Assembly: GCA_045533625.1 (NCBI GenBank)
Contig: JAZSID010000145.1
Span: 1,166-65,165 of the forward strand
DNA from: Acutalibacteraceae bacterium
GTDB lineage: Bacteria; Bacillota; Clostridia; Oscillospirales; Acutalibacteraceae
Direction: 5' to 3'
Length of the DNA stretch: 64,000 nucleotides
Shown: one piece after another, positions 54,215 through 63,337 of the stretch
How positions within the stretch are numbered: position 1 is the first letter of the stretch
Layout of the letters: the number at the start of each line of letters is the position of its first letter
Notes under the pieces: model-generated
Told to the model about the DNA's origin: nothing
The model's input: the letters and a program-made list of their open reading frames with translations, nothing else
Database searches by the model: none
Translations under genes and position numbers: made by a program

Positions 54215-55684
54215 TTAATCTTTATCTGAAACTTTAATTATGTACTCTCTGAAAAATACAACTGCTTCGCCGAGTGAAGAAATCGGGATTCGCTCGTTTG
54301 TTGCGTGAGTTGTGAAGAAAAGAGAAAGAGGAACATTGAACGGTGCGAAACGGAGAATGTTATCGCAGATTTCGCCGTAACGGTAAGCATCAGTTCCGCC
54401 CATTACAAGGTACGGTGCAACAGCAACACCTTCGGGATGAATGCTGTTTTCAACACTCTCAATCGCCTTGAATGCTCTTGAATCCGTCGGTGAAAACGGA
54501 GTAGCCTCTTTACCGTTGAAGTGCTCAATTTCAATATCCTTGTATCTGATAACCTTTCTTACGTGTTCCTCAACGTCGGCAATACTGTCACCCGGAAGCG
54601 GACGGAAGTTTACCGTGATGCTCGGTCTCTGGGGCAAAACATTTGCCGCAGGACTACCCTCGCACATTGAAACACTTGTGATTGTTCTTACCATGCTTGC
54701 TCCCTGCGGAATAAGCTTGAGAATGAGCTTGAGCAACGGAATGAACGGAGGATAATTTCCGATGAAAATTTTTCCGAAGAAAGTTGCTCTGCTTGCAAGT
54801 GTATCAAGAAGCTCGGACAAAAACGGAAGCCAATGTGACTTAAACTGATTTTTTTCAAGATCACGGACAGCATTCGCGAGTTTCCACATACCGCTGTGCT
54901 TCGGTGCCGCAGATGTGTGACCGCCCTTATCGTGAAGGGTAATTTTCATATCGACATAGCCTTTTTCAGCTGTACCGACAGCTGCAAGTTTCGTCTTTAT
55001 AACGCCCTTGATGTTAAGGTCGATAAGGGCACTACCCTCATCAAGTACACTGTCAAGGTGTACCCCTCTGTCCTTGAGTGTTTTTACGATTGTACCTGCA
55101 CCTGTATAAACAGTCGAAACAGTTTCCTCGTTATGACCGAAGCAAAGGTAAACATCACGGTCAGGCTGAAAGCCCTCTGCCATAAGCGATTCAACGGCTT
55201 CCATAACGCAGATAAGATGGTTTTTCATATCAAGTGCGCCTCTGCCCCATACGTATTCACCGTCAATATGGCCACTGAAGGCATCATATTTCCAATCCTT
55301 TTCTGTGCCCTCGGAAACGGGAACAACGTCCTGATGAGCAAGCATAGCCATCGGCTCAAGGTCAGGATTCTTTCCTTTCCAAAGGTAAAGCAAGCTTGCC
55401 TTGTCAACAACTTCCTTTGTTGTGTTTTTTGCAATAAGCGGATAAGTTTTGTCAAGGTATTCGTGGAATTTTTCAAACTCTTCCCACTCTACGCCCTCGT
55501 CCCTTACCTTTGAAATTGTCTTGAATTTGATAGCATCAGAAAGATGCTCTGCAACTTTCTTTTCATCAATGTCAACATCTCTGATTTTAACCGTCTGTAT
55601 TTTCTTCGGTCTGAGTGTAGCAGCTCTGATGAGCGAAGCAACAATAATCAGTGCCAGAATTGCAAGTAAAATTTTCCACCACAT
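54215..55684 (-). CDS. membrane-anchored M20-family metallopeptidase
   Basis: 489 aa. N-terminal TM helix; M20 motifs LAHQDVVP, GRGALDMKN and HNEE. Confidence 0.85.
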   Translation of the reverse strand: MWWKILLAILALIIVASLIRAATLRPKKIQTVKIRDVDIDEKKVAEHLSDAIKFKTISKVRDEGVEWEEFEKFHEYLDKTYPLIAKNTTKEVVDKASLLYLWKGKNPDLEPMAMLAHQDVVPVSEGTEKDWKYDAFSGHIDGEYVWGRGALDMKNHLICVMEAVESLMAEGFQPDRDVYLCFGHNEETVSTVYTGAGTIVKTLKDRGVHLDSVLDEGSALIDLNIKGVIKTKLAAVGTAEKGYVDMKITLHDKGGHTSAAPKHSGMWKLANAVRDLEKNQFKSHWLPFLSELLDTLASRATFFGKIFIGNYPPFIPLLKLILKLIPQGASMVRTITSVSMCEGSPAANVLPQRPSITVNFRPLPGDSIADVEEHVRKVIRYKDIEIEHFNGKEATPFSPTDSRAFKAIESVENSIHPEGVAVAPYLVMGGTDAYRYGEICDNILRFAPFNVPLSLFFTTHATNERIPISSLGEAVVFFREYIIKVSDKD

Positions 55685-55705
55685 AACAGCAAACCTTCTT
55701 TTTAT

Positions 55706-56140
55706 TTATTCTTCGTATTCGTAATCGTCTTCGTAGTCTTCCTTTGAATAATCAAAGTTTTCGTCCACTTCAACTTTTCCGAATTTTCTGTGTTTTGAAA
55801 CACCTCTGCGTGTTCTTGAATAAATTTCGTGAATGTAGCAGGTCTTATAACCCTTTTCTTTCCTTAAAACAAAACCAATCTGTTCAACATAAATCAAAAG
55901 TGATTCATAGTTGTTATCCGCCTTGATAGAAACAAGCTTCTGAACCTCGCCCGTTTCTTCGCCGAATTTTTCAACTTCCTTTGTTTCAAGGTTGTAATAC
56001 CACATACGGTGGCTTTTGAGCGTATAAGCAAAAGCCTCCTTATTCATATATCCGTGTTTGATAACCTTACCCGTAAGATTGTCAACAACAATCACGGGGA
56101 GAATATCTCTCATTTTCCAGAGCTTAGTTAAATCAACCAT
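55706..56140 (-). CDS. divergent HisI-like (phosphoribosyl-AMP cyclohydrolase fold) protein with an acidic tail
   Basis: 144 aa. LPVIVVDNLTGKVIKHGYMNKEAFAYTLKS...GEETGEVQKLVSIKADNNYESLLIYVEQIG aligns by eye with HisI, but the metal/catalytic residues (DCDxD, C..H....C) are replaced. Ends in DYEDDYEYEE. Confidence 0.45.
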   Translation of the reverse strand: MVDLTKLWKMRDILPVIVVDNLTGKVIKHGYMNKEAFAYTLKSHRMWYYNLETKEVEKFGEETGEVQKLVSIKADNNYESLLIYVEQIGFVLRKEKGYKTCYIHEIYSRTRRGVSKHRKFGKVEVDENFDYSKEDYEDDYEYEE

Positions 56141-56152
56141 TTACATTCTCCT

Positions 56153-59100
56153 TTAAAAATTGAAAAAGCTTATCTGCGTGCTTTCGGGCAAACCTTCAAG
56201 CGCTCCGCAGGCTTCAAGAGTTTCCATAACGGATTTACTGATTCCTGCTCTTTGCTGAAGGTCTTCGCGGGACATATACTCTCCCTGACCGTCATCACGT
56301 GCTTTCATCAATGATACCGCAGCAGCTTCGCCCGTTCCTGCCATAGCAGAAAACGGAAGCCTAATCTTTCCGTCTTCGATAAGGTAGGTGCTTGCGTGCG
56401 ATTTATAAATATCAACGGGAAGGAACTCAACTCCGCGTGCCATCATTTCGTTGACGACCTGCATTGAAGTGTAAATACCCTCTTCCTTTGCCGTAGCTTC
56501 GTGTCCCTTTGCCTTGATTTCCTTCATACACGCTTTTACGGCATCTCTGCCTTTCATTATAGCAACCGTGTCAAGGTCTTCACCGCGTACGGACATATAC
56601 GTTGCGTAATACTCAATCGGATGATAAATCTTGTACCACGCAAGTCGCATAGCAGCAATAACGTAAGCTGCGGCGTGAGCCTTCGGGAACATATACTCGA
56701 TTTTCATACACGAGTCGATGTACCATTGCGGAACATTATGCTCCCTCATCGCGTTCATATGGTCTTCCGTAAGAAGCTTTGTCGCGTTACCCTTACGGAC
56801 GATTTCCATGATTTTGAAAGCCATATCGGGTTCAAGTCCTTTATGCATAAGGAAAACCATAATATTATCTCGAGTTCCGATAACGTTTGAAATTGTACAG
56901 ATTCCTTTTTCAATAAGATCCTGCGCATTGCCGAGCCAAACGCCCGTACCGTGTGAAAGACCCGAAATCTGCAACATATCGGAAAAGTTTTTCGGCTTCG
57001 CATCCATAAGCATTTGACGAACGAACGGAGTGCCGAGCTCGGGTAACGAGAGTGTACCCGTTTCACATTCGATATCCTCCGATGTTACGCCTAACGGTTC
57101 GGGCGAAGTAAGAAGCTGATAAAGCTTCGGGTCACAGACATCGGCTTCAAAAACTTTGATACCTGTTGAATCCTCAAGGTGCTTGTAAAGTGTCGGCACA
57201 TCGTGGCCGAGGTTATCGAGCTTGAGGATAGTGTCGTGAAGCGAACGGAAATCGAAGTGAGTTGTACGAAGTCCGCCTGCGACGTCATCCGCAGGGTGCT
57301 GAATCGGGGTGAAATCCTCCGCATCGTTACTTGCAGGGATAACAACCATTCCGCCCGGGTGCTGTCCCGTTGTTCGTTTAACACCGACACAGCCCTGTGT
57401 CAGTCTGTCCTCTTCCGCACGGCTGAGGAAAATTCCCTTTGCCTCTTCCCATTTTTTAACGAAACCGTATGCAGTTTTGTCGGCAACCGTACCGATTGTA
57501 CCTGCTTTGAAAGTGTGGTCAAGTCCGAAAAGCTCTTCCGTATAACGGTGAGCATAGAACTGATATTCACCGCTGAAGTTAAGGTCGATATCGGGCTGTT
57601 TGTCGCCCTTGAATCCGAGGAACGTTTCGAACGGGATATCGTGACCGTCACGGTGCATCGGGATTCCGCAATGCGGACAATCCTTCGGCGGAAGGTCAAA
57701 GCCCGAACCGACGGAGCCGTCTTCGAAAAATTCGCTGTGCTTACACTGTCTGCAGACATAGTGCGGAGGAAGCGGATTAACTTCCGAAATACCTGCCGCG
57801 TGAGCAACGAATGATGAACCAACCGATCCTCGCGAGCCGACGTAATATCCGTGCTCTTCGGAGTTATAAACAAGCTTCTGAGCGATCATATAAAGAACGC
57901 CGAAACCGTTTGAAATAATTGATTTAAGTTCCTTGTCAAGACGTTTTGCAACGTTTTCGGGAACGGGATCGCCGTAGTCACGTTTCGTTCTTTCCCAGCA
58001 GATTCGGGTAAGATCCTCGTCCGCGCCCTCAAGGCTCGGCGGGAATGTACCTCTCGGGAAAGGTGTGATGTCCTTTTCGCACATATCGGCGATTTTGTTT
58101 GTGTTTGTTATAACAATTTCCCTTGCCGTTTCTTCGCCAAGGTAGCTGAACTCGTCAAGCATTTCCTGAGTTGTTCGCATATAAAGCGGAGCCTGCTCGG
58201 ACGCATCCTTGAATCCCATTGAAGTCATAAGGATTTCGCGGTAAATCGCATCCTTTTCCTCCATAAAGTGAACGTCACCCGTTGCAACAACAAGCTTATT
58301 AAGTCTGTCTGCGATAGAGATAAGACGTCTGTTATGATTCTGCAGGTCGATATCGCTTTTTACATCATAGAATTTCTCATCGGTTGAACGCACCATAAAG
58401 CGGTTGTTTCCGATAGGCTGAACTTCAACATAATCGTAAAACGAAGCAACCTTCGTAAGCTCTTCGTCGCTTTTGCCGTCCATCATTACCTGATAAAGCT
58501 CACCTGCTTCGCAAGCACTGCCGATGATAAGACCTTCACGAAGCTGCATCAATCTGTGACGCGGAATACGCGGCCGTTTTTTAAAGAACTTAAGGTTCGA
58601 TTCCGTAATTAATTTGTAGAGATTTTTAAGTCCCTGAGTATTTTTGACAAGAATGATGATGTGATAAGTCCTCTGACTTCTGACTTCCTCGATGTATTCC
58701 GCAGGGATTTCGTCGCCGTCATTGAAACCGTATTTCGAGTAAAATTCATCATCGTCAACAAGGTAACCTTCCATACCGTAGATTACCTTGATTCCTGCCT
58801 TTGCTGCCGTGTTACAAGCTTCGGGGAAGCCCTGAACACAGCCGTGGTCCGTAATCGCAATTGCTTTCTGTCCCCACTCAGCGGCACGGCTGACAAGAGC
58901 CTTTGCACTTGTCATACCGTCCATTGTGGACATATTTGTATGAAGATGAAGCTCAACCCTTTTTTCGGGAGCTTCGTCCTTTTTCTTTATTTTATCGATG
59001 AGCATAATCGCTCTTGCCGTGATTATATAGCTCTTCTGGTACGTATCCATGCTGATAGGACCACGCACCATAACAGTGATACCTTTTTTGATTGTATCAA

Positions 59101-59965
59101 CAATTTCCGTACACTTTTTCTTTTCGCCGAAAACTTTTACGATATACGATGATGTGTAGTCCGTGAGGCTGAAGTTAATAATGCTGTACTTTCCGTCGCG
59201 TGATTCCTTGACGTCAACAGCAAAAATATCGCCCCAGATAACAACTTCGCCGTCCTCGGGCAGACATTCAGCAATCGGCTTCGGCTTCACCTTTATAACG
59301 GGACCGTAAATCGGCTTTGCATTTGAAAGCGAAATCGGCAAATCCTCATAAGTCTGCTCAACGGGTTTTCTTGTCGCAGGCTCACCGCCCGAAGGCTTAA
59401 CGGCAACAGGTTGCTTTTTCGGCTGAGCCTCGATGAGCTTCTGATTTTCTTTTTTCTGATATTCCATAAGCTTTTCGATGTCATCGTCGGACGAAGTATT
59501 GCTTATGAACTCAACCTTTACAAGACGTTCGAATCGACTGTCAAGAGTGTCACGGATGAACTTGTCACAGCCGAGATTTATAAGTGTATCCTTGCCGTTT
59601 GAAGCAAGATTAATTGTAAGCTTGTCAACACCGAAATTGTACTCTGCACCGTCAAGAATTGACTTTGATGCAGGGAAGTTTTCGTAAATTTCCTTAACGA
59701 AGCCTGAAATATAATTAAGGTCAAGGCTTTCTGACGGGAAGCGGAAATCCATTCTGATTTCACGAAGATTCATCACTCTTTTAAGCTCATCCTGCGCCTT
59801 TTTAATAACGTAGGTATCTACGGGCGCGGCAAAGCTGACAACCATACTGACAGCTCTGTCAGCGAGGGTCGCTTCGATGCTTTCGACGGTTGCTTCGCCG
59901 AAGTAAGCAAGTATGCTGTTGTCAAGATAATTGCCGAAGAGGCTTAAAAAGCTTACTGCCTTCAT
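56153..59965 (-). CDS. polC: DNA polymerase III PolC-type, lacking the 3'-5' exonuclease insert
   Basis: 1270 aa. PolC N-domains, OB fold, PHP (VELHLHTNMS, ITDHG), zinc module (CRQCKHSEF...CPHCG), PDIDLNFSGEYQ palm and the PolC C-terminus. The segment between KVIYGMEGYLVDDD and TYHIIILVKNTQGLKNLYKL is only ~35 aa, versus ~190 aa (DnaQ-like exonuclease) in B. subtilis PolC. Confidence 0.93.
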   Translation of the reverse strand: MKAVSFLSLFGNYLDNSILAYFGEATVESIEATLADRAVSMVVSFAAPVDTYVIKKAQDELKRVMNLREIRMDFRFPSESLDLNYISGFVKEIYENFPASKSILDGAEYNFGVDKLTINLASNGKDTLINLGCDKFIRDTLDSRFERLVKVEFISNTSSDDDIEKLMEYQKKENQKLIEAQPKKQPVAVKPSGGEPATRKPVEQTYEDLPISLSNAKPIYGPVIKVKPKPIAECLPEDGEVVIWGDIFAVDVKESRDGKYSIINFSLTDYTSSYIVKVFGEKKKCTEIVDTIKKGITVMVRGPISMDTYQKSYIITARAIMLIDKIKKKDEAPEKRVELHLHTNMSTMDGMTSAKALVSRAAEWGQKAIAITDHGCVQGFPEACNTAAKAGIKVIYGMEGYLVDDDEFYSKYGFNDGDEIPAEYIEEVRSQRTYHIIILVKNTQGLKNLYKLITESNLKFFKKRPRIPRHRLMQLREGLIIGSACEAGELYQVMMDGKSDEELTKVASFYDYVEVQPIGNNRFMVRSTDEKFYDVKSDIDLQNHNRRLISIADRLNKLVVATGDVHFMEEKDAIYREILMTSMGFKDASEQAPLYMRTTQEMLDEFSYLGEETAREIVITNTNKIADMCEKDITPFPRGTFPPSLEGADEDLTRICWERTKRDYGDPVPENVAKRLDKELKSIISNGFGVLYMIAQKLVYNSEEHGYYVGSRGSVGSSFVAHAAGISEVNPLPPHYVCRQCKHSEFFEDGSVGSGFDLPPKDCPHCGIPMHRDGHDIPFETFLGFKGDKQPDIDLNFSGEYQFYAHRYTEELFGLDHTFKAGTIGTVADKTAYGFVKKWEEAKGIFLSRAEEDRLTQGCVGVKRTTGQHPGGMVVIPASNDAEDFTPIQHPADDVAGGLRTTHFDFRSLHDTILKLDNLGHDVPTLYKHLEDSTGIKVFEADVCDPKLYQLLTSPEPLGVTSEDIECETGTLSLPELGTPFVRQMLMDAKPKNFSDMLQISGLSHGTGVWLGNAQDLIEKGICTISNVIGTRDNIMVFLMHKGLEPDMAFKIMEIVRKGNATKLLTEDHMNAMREHNVPQWYIDSCMKIEYMFPKAHAAAYVIAAMRLAWYKIYHPIEYYATYMSVRGEDLDTVAIMKGRDAVKACMKEIKAKGHEATAKEEGIYTSMQVVNEMMARGVEFLPVDIYKSHASTYLIEDGKIRLPFSAMAGTGEAAAVSLMKARDDGQGEYMSREDLQQRAGISKSVMETLEACGALEGLPESTQISFFNF

Positions 59966-59992
59966 TTTGCACTTCCTTATGTAAATCCCTCC

Positions 59993-60029
59993 ACCGCTAC
60001 GCGGTCTCCCTCCCTTTAGGCAAGGGAGG
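59993..60029. repeat. GC-rich double hairpin (REP-like) between ispG and polC
   Basis: ACCGC-TAC-GCGGT (59993-60005) and CCTCCCTT-TAGGC-AAGGGAGG (60009-60029). No T-run on either strand. Confidence 0.3.
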
Positions 60030-60040
60030 CTGAAAAGGTC

Positions 60041-61090
60041 TTATAGTTTATCAATTTCTGCCAATAATTCTTTGACAATGTCTTTTTCGTCAATTTTTCT
60101 TAAGATTACGCCCTTTTTGAAGAGCATTGCGCAACCGTCACCGCCTGCGATGCCGATGTCTGCTTCACGTGCTTCGCCCGGTCCGTTTACAACGCAACCC
60201 ATTACCGCAACCTTGATTTTCTTTGTGCAGTCCCTGAGCGCATTTTCAACCTCATTTGCAACTGAAATAAGATCAATCTTTGTTCTTCCGCAGGTCGGGC
60301 AGGAAACAATCTGCACGCTGTCGGATTTAAGTCCGAGCGCCTTAAGGATATCGTGGCCTGCATAAACCTCGTTTACGGGGTCATCCGTAAGCGAAACACG
60401 GATTGTGTCGCCTATGCCGTGCATAAGAAGACTTCCTATACCTGCGCTTGATTTTATAAGTCCCATACGAGCCGTGCCTGCTTCCGTTACACCGAGGTGC
60501 AAGGGATAATCGCATCTTTCGGCTACGGTTTCGTATGCCTTTATCATATTTTCAACGTTTGACGATTTGATTGAAATAACGATATCGTCAAAATCAAATT
60601 TTTCAAGAAGTGATGCGTGGTACATTGCACTTTCCGCCATAGCTTCGGGAGTCGGTGCGCCGTACTTTGCAAGGATTTCCTTTTCAACCGAACCCGAATT
60701 TACACCGATTCGGATCGGAATATTTCTTGATTTACAAGCGTCAACAACAGCCTTAACTCTGTCGTCCGAGCCGATGTTGCCCGGGTTGATTCGCACCTTG
60801 TCAACACCTGCCGCAACAGCTTCAATCGCAAGGCGGTAATCAAAATGGATATCCGCAACAATCGGAGCTTTGACAGCTTCTTTCAAAGCCGGTATAAGAC
60901 CAACTGCATCCATATCGGGAATCGCGCCGCGGATAACCTGACAGCCTGCCTTTTCAAGCTCGACAGCCTGAGCTACGCTCGCCTCGAAATCGTGAGCAGG
61001 TTTATTGAGCATTGACTGCACACTTACGGGCGCATCGCCACCGATGTAAATACTGCCGACTTTAACTTTTTTAGTCTTTCTGCGTTCCAT
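60041..61090 (-). CDS. ispG: 4-hydroxy-3-methylbut-2-en-1-yl diphosphate synthase
   Basis: 349 aa. IYIGGDAPVSVQSM, TIM-barrel A domain, and a C-terminal CPTCGR...GCVVNGPGE Fe-S domain. Confidence 0.95.
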   Translation of the reverse strand: MERRKTKKVKVGSIYIGGDAPVSVQSMLNKPAHDFEASVAQAVELEKAGCQVIRGAIPDMDAVGLIPALKEAVKAPIVADIHFDYRLAIEAVAAGVDKVRINPGNIGSDDRVKAVVDACKSRNIPIRIGVNSGSVEKEILAKYGAPTPEAMAESAMYHASLLEKFDFDDIVISIKSSNVENMIKAYETVAERCDYPLHLGVTEAGTARMGLIKSSAGIGSLLMHGIGDTIRVSLTDDPVNEVYAGHDILKALGLKSDSVQIVSCPTCGRTKIDLISVANEVENALRDCTKKIKVAVMGCVVNGPGEAREADIGIAGGDGCAMLFKKGVILRKIDEKDIVKELLAEIDKL

Positions 61091-61108
61091 AAACCTACCT
61101 CCAAGAAT

Positions 61109-62158
61109 TTATTTTATAAACAACGTATAAATATCCTTAAACGTAATTGCAACCATAAACAAGAGAAGAATTGCCATTCCGATTCCGTGAACGAGAGATT
61201 CGTACTTCTGGTTAATCGGTTTGCGTCTGATAAGTTCAATAAACAGGAAAAGAAGTCTTCCGCCGTCAAGTGCAGGAATCGGTAAAAGGTTAAACAGACC
61301 GATATTAATTGTGATGAGAGCCATCATCGTAAGAAGTCCCGTGTAGTCCGTCGTCTTGACGGATTCTGCTGCCGCATCGGACACAAAGTCGATTACACCG
61401 ACGGGGCCTGAAACATCCTTGATTGAATACTTACCCGTAACCATATCAAAAAGGCTGAGCCATACCATACGGCAGATGCTTGCAGACTGTCTGAAAGTGT
61501 CCTTAAAAACAGTACCGACTGATTTGTCTACGCCGAGAATTGTAATCTGATACGGTGATATTTCAACGTCTGTGAGCTCGATTTTCTCACCATCACGTTC
61601 AACGACAAAATCTGTTGTGCCGTCCGTCCTGCTGAGCAGATAACCGATATCCGTATAGTACAGAACTTGTCTTCCGTCGATTTTGATTATTTCGTCTTTG
61701 GATTTAAGTCCGTTATATTCGGCAACCTGTTTTGAATCGACAGTAAAGCTGTGAATGTTGTTAGTTCCTGCAAGTCCGTCGTTGATGCTGAGAGTAAGCG
61801 CAACGATTATAAGACCAAGCAGGATGTTCACGAGTGCACCTGCAACAACAATAACAATTCTCTGCCAACAGGGCTTGTTATTAAATGCGCGTTCATCGTC
61901 GCTGTCCTCGTCCTCACCTTCCATGCTGACGAAACCGCCGATCGGGAAAAGACGCACCGAATACTGGGTATCGCCCTTCTTCTTGCCGAAAAGCTTCGGA
62001 CCCATACCCAATGAAAATTCATTAACTTTTACTTTAAAAAGCTTTGCAAACGTAAAATGTCCGAGCTCGTGCACCATTACGATTACGCCGAAAAAGAGAA
62101 TAGCAATAAGCACCGTCCATTTGCTTGCCAAAAATGAAAGAAATTCTATCTTAAACAC
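61109..62158 (-). CDS. rseP: RIP (site-2) zinc metalloprotease RseP/RasP family
   Basis: 349 aa. HELGH in TM1, a central PDZ domain, and NLLPIPALDGG. Confidence 0.9.
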   Translation of the reverse strand: MFKIEFLSFLASKWTVLIAILFFGVIVMVHELGHFTFAKLFKVKVNEFSLGMGPKLFGKKKGDTQYSVRLFPIGGFVSMEGEDEDSDDERAFNNKPCWQRIVIVVAGALVNILLGLIIVALTLSINDGLAGTNNIHSFTVDSKQVAEYNGLKSKDEIIKIDGRQVLYYTDIGYLLSRTDGTTDFVVERDGEKIELTDVEISPYQITILGVDKSVGTVFKDTFRQSASICRMVWLSLFDMVTGKYSIKDVSGPVGVIDFVSDAAAESVKTTDYTGLLTMMALITINIGLFNLLPIPALDGGRLLFLFIELIRRKPINQKYESLVHGIGMAILLLFMVAITFKDIYTLFIK

Positions 62159-62178
62159 CTCCGCAGTGTTTTGAAATC

Positions 62179-63324
62179 TCAGTTAATTTTGTTTTTTACA
62201 TAATCCCTTGCCCAGTTGTACATTGAAAGCACATCATCAAGGGTGTATGTATCATAATGCTGTGAAGCTTCAACGGCTGAGCGTACAAGCTCTTCAATCT
62301 GGAGGAATTTAATCTTACCCTGACGGAAAGCAAGGTTTGCTTCCTCGTTTGCAGCATTTGCGCAAGCAGGATACAGTCCGCCGTCGTTGATTGCCTTTCT
62401 GCAGACATTTATAAGACCGAATGTGTCGTAATCAGGCTCAAAGAAAGTGAGCGTACCGTACTCCGTCAGCGAAAGCTGCTTCACGGGTGACGGAATTCTG
62501 TTCGGATATGTAAGAGCATACTGAATCGGGATTCGCATATCGGGTACACCGAGCTGTGCGATAACTGAATTGTCGCAATATTCAACGAGAGAATGAATAA
62601 CACTCTCGCGATGGACAACGATATCGATATCGTCGGGTTTCATATCAAAAAGCCATACAGCTTCAATAAGCTCAAGACCTTTATTCATCATTGAAGCAGA
62701 GTCGATGGTTATTTTTGCGCCCATGCTCCAATTCGGGTGATTGAGAGCTTCCTTAACCGTTACAGCCTCAAGCTCGGCGCGTTTCTTTCCAAAAAACGGA
62801 CCGCCCGATGCCGTAAGGATAAGCTTTTTGATTTCTTTTTTATCTGTACATCCCTGAAGGGACTGAAAAATTGCTGAATGTTCACTGTCAACAGGAAGGA
62901 TGCTGACACCCTTTTCCTTTGCAAGGTTCATCACGAGCTGACCGCCTGCGACAAGAGTTTCCTTGTTTGCAAGTGCGATTTCACTGCCTTTATTGATTGC
63001 GGCAACCGTCGGCTCAAGTCCTGCCATTCCGACGATACTGTTAAGCACATAGTCAGCTCCGAGCGCCGCACATTCGCATACGCCGTCCATTCCCGAAAGC
63101 ACCTTTGTGTCTGTATCAGCGACACGGATTTTCAGGTCTGCGGCAGATTTTTCGTCAACCATAGCCGCATACTTCGGCTTAAATTTGCGAATCTGCTCTT
63201 CAATAACGTCTGTGTTTGTGCTTGCGGTAAGCGCAACGACCTCGTAGCCCTGCATTTCGATTACTTCAAGAGCCTGAGTGCCGATTGAGCCCGTTGAGCC
63301 GAGTATTGTTACAGTTTTACTCAT
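62179..63324 (-). CDS. dxr: 1-deoxy-D-xylulose 5-phosphate reductoisomerase
   Basis: 381 aa. ILGSTGSIGTQAL, LANKE, PVDSEHSA and NKGLE motifs. Confidence 0.95.
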   Translation of the reverse strand: MSKTVTILGSTGSIGTQALEVIEMQGYEVVALTASTNTDVIEEQIRKFKPKYAAMVDEKSAADLKIRVADTDTKVLSGMDGVCECAALGADYVLNSIVGMAGLEPTVAAINKGSEIALANKETLVAGGQLVMNLAKEKGVSILPVDSEHSAIFQSLQGCTDKKEIKKLILTASGGPFFGKKRAELEAVTVKEALNHPNWSMGAKITIDSASMMNKGLELIEAVWLFDMKPDDIDIVVHRESVIHSLVEYCDNSVIAQLGVPDMRIPIQYALTYPNRIPSPVKQLSLTEYGTLTFFEPDYDTFGLINVCRKAINDGGLYPACANAANEEANLAFRQGKIKFLQIEELVRSAVEASQHYDTYTLDDVLSMYNWARDYVKNKIN

Positions 63325-63337
63325 AATATCACCTTCA

